From: the human T2T-CHM13v2.0 reference genome, Homo sapiens
Strand: one strand, 5' to 3'
Length of the DNA stretch: 64,000 bases
Assembly (NCBI RefSeq): GCF_009914755.1
Contig: NC_060928.1
Of the stretch, positions 57,019 to 64,000 are shown piece after piece; the stretch's first letter is position 1; each line of letters begins with the position of its first letter. The translations under genes and the position numbers were made by a program. The notes beneath the pieces were generated by a model. That model did no database searches. It was not told the DNA's origin and was given only the letters and a program-made list of their open reading frames with translations.

Positions 57019-60000
57019 ACACACACACACATGAGGGGAGGGAGGTGAACCCTGGAAGAAGTGGGAAGAATCTGGATGATCACAGGAACCCTGGAAGGAG
57101 GGAGTTTTAAGAAAGTAGTGGTGCTGGGGGAGGAGGCTAGGAGGATAGAGTGAGTTCACATGGACCTGAATAGGTTTAGGAGAATGCACACAGAGAAAAA
57201 GATTTTGTATTTGATTAGAAAGAGTACTAGTGGGTATAAATTCTAATTATAGACACTTAGTAACCATTCTTTGGCCAGTTGATAGAAGTGGTTTAGTAGA
57301 ACATTTAAGTCCATATAGAGCTTGATGCAGCAGATGACAGCAGACAAGGAGCAGGAAAAGCAGGGTTTCCATCTTGCCTCTGTCACTAACAAGCTGCATG
57401 ACCCTGGTTGAATCACTCGTCTCTCCTCTCCTTAATTGCTTCATCTATAAATGAAGTTTCTTAAATTGATGTCCAAGGATGAGCTTCAGAGATTCTGAGA
57501 TGTCTGAAATTATAAGCTAAAAAAAAAGGGGGTTTTCCCTCTAGGGAGAAGGTCTATAGTTTTGATCAGATCCCCCAAAGTGATAATGCATCCTAAAAAG
57601 TTAAGGACTACTGGATTAGGTGATCATTAAAGTCCTGCTTAGTATACAATATCAGGAATTTTTAATCTCTGACTTTCGTTTCTCTATTGTATTCCATATG
57701 GCCTGTCTCCCAAATCACTCTCAGAGACCACTCTAAGGATTAGATTTTCTGAAATGTAATTGACTGTATCAGTCATCCCCAGGGGATTATTTAGAAAATC
57801 CAGGCAATTTTTAAAATTAAAGTTAATCATTTCTTTAGTAGTCCACAGACATTTTCATTAGGACACAACCTTTATATCACTATTTATATCATTTACTAGC
57901 CATGCATCTAATGATCATAAACACCAGAAGTGGCTGTAGCCACTTAAACACATGTGGATGTCATTGCCTTTAGTGTTTTCCCTCCAAAAGGAAAAAAAAT
58001 TGGGAAGAAAAAGCAGTTTATTGAATGTAAACTGGTGACTGAGCTCCCATCAGAGTGATTGCTTTGGTGGTTCTCTTCTGGCAGGCATGTAAGCTCTTAG
58101 CAGTAGAGGGGTACTGAGCCCCCAAGTATGCTGCTGCCCTTCATAAGATGGCCAGGAAGGCCGGTGTGGATTTGAATACAACAGTTATCACTGTAGATAA
58201 TGTCATGGGGGATGTTATTGACATTTATATTATATGCTTCTAAGCAAGAAGCCATCCTGCCATGTAATATACAATTATGATCATTTAATTTGGTGTAATT
58301 AATAGATAAATCTTAGGATTGAGCTCTAGAAATCCCTTTCAGGTCTCTTGTTACTTTATAAAATCTGGTATGTCAGCTGCCTTTACTGGTTAATGATTTA
58401 TGTCTATAAACCACCTATGTGGATGGTATTCAAGATGTATTGTTTCACTGAAAGCAATGTTTAAAATAACTCTGGACATTTCTAATTCACACAGAAGGTT
58501 AAGCTGAAATTGTGCTTCTTATAAATCATAAAGTTATTTAGCACAATCTGTTATCCACCTTTCTCATCTTACCATCATTTGGTTCTAACTGATGGATTTT
58601 GCTGCAAGTGATACATTCTACGTGTCACAACAGAAAGGGAAATGAAGTTAATAAATACTTTTATTAACACTTCAGTTTGAAAAGCTAAATGTTGAAGGCA
58701 AGTGTCATACTTTTCCTTGGAGCTGTTTCTTTAGCACCGTCTTTAGCTCCCAGTGAAATGCAAGAGGTGGAAAATCCCACCTGTGAAATCCAAACACAGT
58801 TCTTGCTGGTCATGGATATTTGCAATATTGGTATGAGCTGTCAGGTGCACAAAACACTAATTTGTTTGCACGTAGACACAAGAGTTCTGCTAGTTATTTA
58901 TCTTTCTAAAGCCATTGTCCTCCCTGACAGGGGCCTGCTAAATGTGCTGTCTATGCAGAAGGTTTAGATTTATGATTTGTGAAAATTGTTCTGGAGATAA
59001 CATTGTAGAGTTGTTCTGTTGCTGTATAGATAGTGTATTTTGAGTTTATCTTTCTCTTTCTTCGAAAAAGAGGTTCTTGTTTTTACACTACCGACGTAGT
59101 AACTGGATGAGTGATTTCACTGCCATAACTGCTTGTTGGTTTATTTTAAATATGGTGTTTGCTAGCATGTGGCAGACTTCTGCTTTAATGATCACAATGT
59201 GATGACAAAAATGCTAAATCTTATCCAATGGAATTACAACATGGACCCGTTTTTGCCTTATGGAAAGGAAAATACCCCTCAGAGATTTTAATTTGCTCAT
59301 AAAAAGCAAATGTGGAAACAGAAACACCTTGAACAGAGAGGAGAAGTAGGAACCTGCCTGGGAATGTAGAATTTAATAGCCGAAATTCTATTTCCTGTTG
59401 TGATAGTAACTGAAGACAACATAAAATATACTTGTCAAAATAATAACACTCTTTAAAATTCCACATTGGTGATTTAAAGATGGAGAAGTTTCAGCTTTAA
59501 TTTTTGGTAGGGAACTTGCTTTTTGACTTTGATTGCTGTGGACAGGCAATCCACAGCAATCAGTCAATGTGGAGTAGCAGAAAATGTCCTCGGCAGCTAT
59601 AATGGCTTGATAAGGTGATATGCAGTTTTTATGAATGGCTGTACCCAAGCAGCATCAGCTGATGCTATGGTGGCTTAGAAATTTTCACAGGCTTTTACCT
59701 GTTTTCCATAACTCTAGCCATGCACCCTCCTTTTTGAGGTGATACAGAGATCACCCTTTATAAAAAGGCCCTCTCTAGTGCTTTGGCACTTAGCCTGGGA
59801 AAACATGCCTGCTTCAGGAATCCCTGGACACATGCCTCATGATTATAAGAGAGAAGATTACAAACCTCATGTCTTTTCAGGAAATATATTGATAGTTTAT
59901 TCTTAACTTTGGCTTGTTAGGGAGCATCATTCTTTACTAGACATAGACTACTGGTACCTTCCAAATATGGTAAATCACTTTGCAAGAACAAGAAGAGGTT

Positions 60001-60260
60001 ATATCTATGTGTTTATAACAACCCTATGAAACAGATAACTGTCATTGTCCTACTTTAAAGATGGAGCAATTTCCATCCTTTTGTAGAGAGCTAAAAAAAA
60101 AAGAAAAGAAAGATGAAGAAACTTGGGGATAGAAAAGTCAGGTGGGTTGCCTAGGGTCCAGAGCCTACACTTTAAACCACCAGGCTTCACTTTTCATTGT
60201 GTTTCTAAGGCCCTAACAACATGCTTATTGTTACTAGAGAATTGATGAATGTTATGAAAG

Positions 60261-60749
60261 TGAGGTAGGAGACTGGCAGGACTTGTTTTCTGGTCACAAT
60301 CCTGCTGACCAAAACAGGATCTGATCCAGACAGGATAAAGTGAAAAACTAGCAGAAGCCAGAAGATGGCAACAAAAGCCATCCCTAGCTGCCCTCATTGC
60401 TTATTGGCATAAGATACTCCCACCAGTGTCATGACAGTGACTGGAAAGTGACCACTCATTTCTATGGCAATGACTCAGAAGTTACCGCCCCTTTCTAGAA
60501 AGTTCTAATTTACCCATTCCTCAATTTATATTGACCCACTCCTTAATTTGCATGTAATTGACATTGGATTTACATGAATATAAATACAGCTGACAAGAGC
60601 CCGTACATTGCTGACTCTGGGCACACTGTCTATGTGTTAGCCCTGCTCTGCAACTGTTCAATAAAAGATTGCTGTCTAACACCACCGGCTTGCCCTTGAA
60701 TTCTTTCCTGGGCGAAGCCCCAGTGTTGGGGCTTCCCTCTCCTGCATGA
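60261..60749 (+). mobile_element. ERV1 solo LTR (MER41-family)
   Basis: TGAGGTAGGAG...GCATAAGATACTCCCACCAG...CAATAAAAG...CCTGCATGA; 4-bp TSD AAAG. Confidence 0.75.
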
Positions 60750-61677
60750 AAAGGAAACGTTCAGGGAGCTTAGAAAATTTATAACTGGGGGTCCTAACAT
60801 GTTCTGAAGGGGATGAGGATGGTCTTTCAGCAGAAGTGATGTTGAAATTGAGATCTTTAGGGTGAATATAATTTGCTCTGGAAAAAAATAAAAGGTTTCA
60901 AGTAGAAAAGACTACACTGCACATTTTCAGCCCTGGAGGGATATGCTGGAGGGATGCAGGAACTGAGAAGTCCAGAATGGTGACATGCAGAGAAAGGAGG
61001 GTGATGTGCCTGGAGAGACAGGTGGGAGCAAGAGGGGAGAGGACTTTGAAGGTCATGGTTCTGATTTTGTACTTTACTTTGAACACAAATAAAAAACAAC
61101 TAAAGAAAAGTAAAAGCAGATAAGTTATATGATCAGATGTGAGCTCTAAATATATCGTTCTGGCTACAAGGTGGTTTAGAGACAAGAGATGGAAATAAGG
61201 AGCTTACTGATGAAAGGCAATTGAGAGCTAGTGGCTTGGGCATGAGAAAGAACTGTGAGTAGTGTATTGATTGAAGAAATTTTTAGGAGGTAGAACTGGC
61301 AAGATTTCATAATAGAGGGAATATAAAAGGTTAGAGAAAAGTAGGTCTCAGTCTTGTACACCATGCCAGTCTCATTACATTTAATAAAGTAGTATTAAAG
61401 AGACATAAACCCATACACACTTTAAAATCTCTAACAGTTAGGAAATGACTAAGCAAACTCTTTGCTCTATTGAGTAATATGTCATCATTAATTATTGTGT
61501 TTATAACAGTTGTAAGACATACAAAAGGCATATTATTTAATTTCAGGTAAATAATGAGTGCATGATGATAAAAGTATACCAGTAGTCTGATTTAATATAT
61601 GCTGAAAACATAAAGATGTCAAAATCCTACGCATAGGGAAGAATCAGGAAAGAATTTACAAAAGATGGTATGAGTAA

Positions 61678-62065
<388 letters not shown>

Positions 62066-63209
62066 TGACAAAGTACTACTTTTATAACAAGAAACTATTT
62101 TTACAATAAAATAGTATGGAAAAGAGCAGCTACTTTAAAGAAAATTCATTTGTCATTTGCCCTTTGTTATTTGTATACATCTGAATTTTTATTTGCAGCA
62201 TGTTTAAAATGAGACAAACCTGCATACATTTTTTTAAGTAAAGAGTTTCATTATTCATTTCTTGCTTATGTTAAAATGTCTAACAATAAGGAAAAAGTTA
62301 AGCAAACTGTTTGGTCTATTAAGTAATATGTTATCATTAATTATTATGTTTATAACAATTATAAGACATAGGAAAATGACTTCTGCTGTGGTGAGAATTA
62401 ACTGACTTTAGAACGTTTGGAATGGTTTCTGTGTTGAACACCATTAAGCACCACATATAATCCTGAAGTGAATCCATGGAGGGCTGCCGCAAATGTTGTT
62501 TGTGAACCATACCATTTATACGAGCATGTGTGGAAGCCCTAAGAGATAGAGGAGTCTGGTAACCCAGGTCTACCAGGGTTTAGACCCATGCATGTAACCA
62601 GTGCACACTCAATGTTGTATCTCTATGGCCCTTCTGTACCAAAAGCTGCATGCAGACAGGAGCTGTCTGTTGTTCACTGCTGTATCCTCACGGCCTGAGC
62701 ACATGCTAAGCTCTCAAGAAACTTTGTTGAACAAGTGAATATATTTGTTTATCAGTGTATACAATGATTTTCTTAGGTTGGTTCTGGAAATCAAATTAAT
62801 GTGTTAAAGGTTATGGACATTTAACATTTCTGAGGTCCTTATAATGTATTACCAAATTACTTTGCAGAAGGCTTGTACCAATTTATACTTACTCACTAGA
62901 AGTATTATTTTGTTTGTTTAACCATTCCTTTACCAGCACTAGATATCTTTATTTTCTTAAGATTTTAAGTGTTTTTGATAAAAACAGGTAAGGCTTGTTT
63001 TCTCAATTTCTGAGTTTTAATCTAATTTTCATGGTTTGTTTTATTTTATAAAACAAAAAGTTCATTTAAAAATTTGGTTAATAAAGAAAAAATAAATGCA
63101 ATAATGATCCAACTACACATAGCTACAGTCAATATTTTGGTATGTATCTTTTCAGCCATCTATATTTAGACTTATTTACATATATTTCATATATAATCCA
63201 TTATTATAT

Positions 63210-63640
63210 ATGTATAATAAAAAGTCAGACTCCGTTTTTGATGTTTGACTGCTGGCAGCTTTCAAGCCCCACCACGCCCCCTTCCCCTGCTCCCCTACAT
63301 TTGGGCAAGCAAGTAAAAAAGACCTGTTGCTTCTTCCTCTGGCTCCAATGAGAAGGACACAACACACAAACCTTGGCCAACATGTGGGAGCCTTCACCCC
63401 AGCTTTATCTCTTCATTGCAATAAAGTCTAAGCTGATCTTCTCTTCTACTCTCTCAAATCATTTGTGAATCTGTTTGGGAGCCTTTCTCGCTCTCCCCAG
63501 AAAGCCTCATTATGCGAGTAGTAAATGTCTGCATATCCTCTTGGTGTGTATGTAGCATTATCATCAGTCTCTATATGTGACTCCAATTCAGGTGTTTAGG
63601 GGTGAAGGGAGTCTATCATGTCTTCTTGTGGAGACCACAA
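63210..63640 (+). mobile_element. LTR-like relic, family uncertain
   Basis: LTR-style motifs (GACTCCGTTTTTGATGTTTGACTGCTGGCAGCTTTCAAGCCCC; GCAATAAAG); boundaries uncertain. Confidence 0.4.
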
Positions 63641-64000
63641 CAATACAGATTATAAAAATGGAGTTTAACATATATATTTCAAACAAGAATGAGATTATAC
63701 TATACATATTTTGTAATAATCTGATTTTTATTTAATAATGTATTTTCAAAAATATCATTAAATAATTTTCACAATACCATATTTAATGACAGTATATTAT
63801 ACCGGTATATGGTACAAATGATCTAACTGACTTATTATTGGATACATATGTTGGTTCCATTTTTTTTTTGGCTATTTTAAATAAGCTACAGTGAATAAAC
63901 ATCCAGCTATACTTTTGTGTCTATTCTTGATGATTTCTGTAAGATAGCTTTGCATTTAAGTATTAATGCATCATAAGCACATTCACTAAACATTTACAGA

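Noticed and set aside
58130-58243. Protein-looking frame AALHKMARKAGVDLNTTVITVDNVMGDVIDI
   Set aside because: Short, no family recognised, no convincing exon boundaries.

Overview
Human genomic DNA from the fibrinogen cluster (4q31). The minus strand carries two complete genes whose exon junctions I read by hand. FGA has 6 exons (CDS 8496->1921) and gives the 644-aa Aalpha chain or, via an internal exon-5 donor and exon 6, the 866-aa alphaE chain. FGG has 10 exons (CDS 30416->22147) and gives the 437-aa gammaA chain or the 453-aa gamma-prime chain. The haplotype appears non-reference: FGA Ala331 (mature Thr312Ala), the 28-bp TaqI duplication in the alphaE 3'UTR, probable FGG 10034T, and forensic STR FGA allele 25. 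The rest (31-64 kb) is repeat-rich intergenic DNA with one CpG island at ~44.6-45.1 kb. Main structural observations: an FGG exon-9 pseudoexon enclosed by ~105-bp inverted repeats; a near-perfect 164-bp inverted duplication; a CpG island bracketed by scrambled inverted arms; and an L2 relic that appears to supply the poly(A) signal of the major Aalpha mRNA. No new protein-coding gene is supported. Repeat family names and variant IDs come from memory and were not database-checked.
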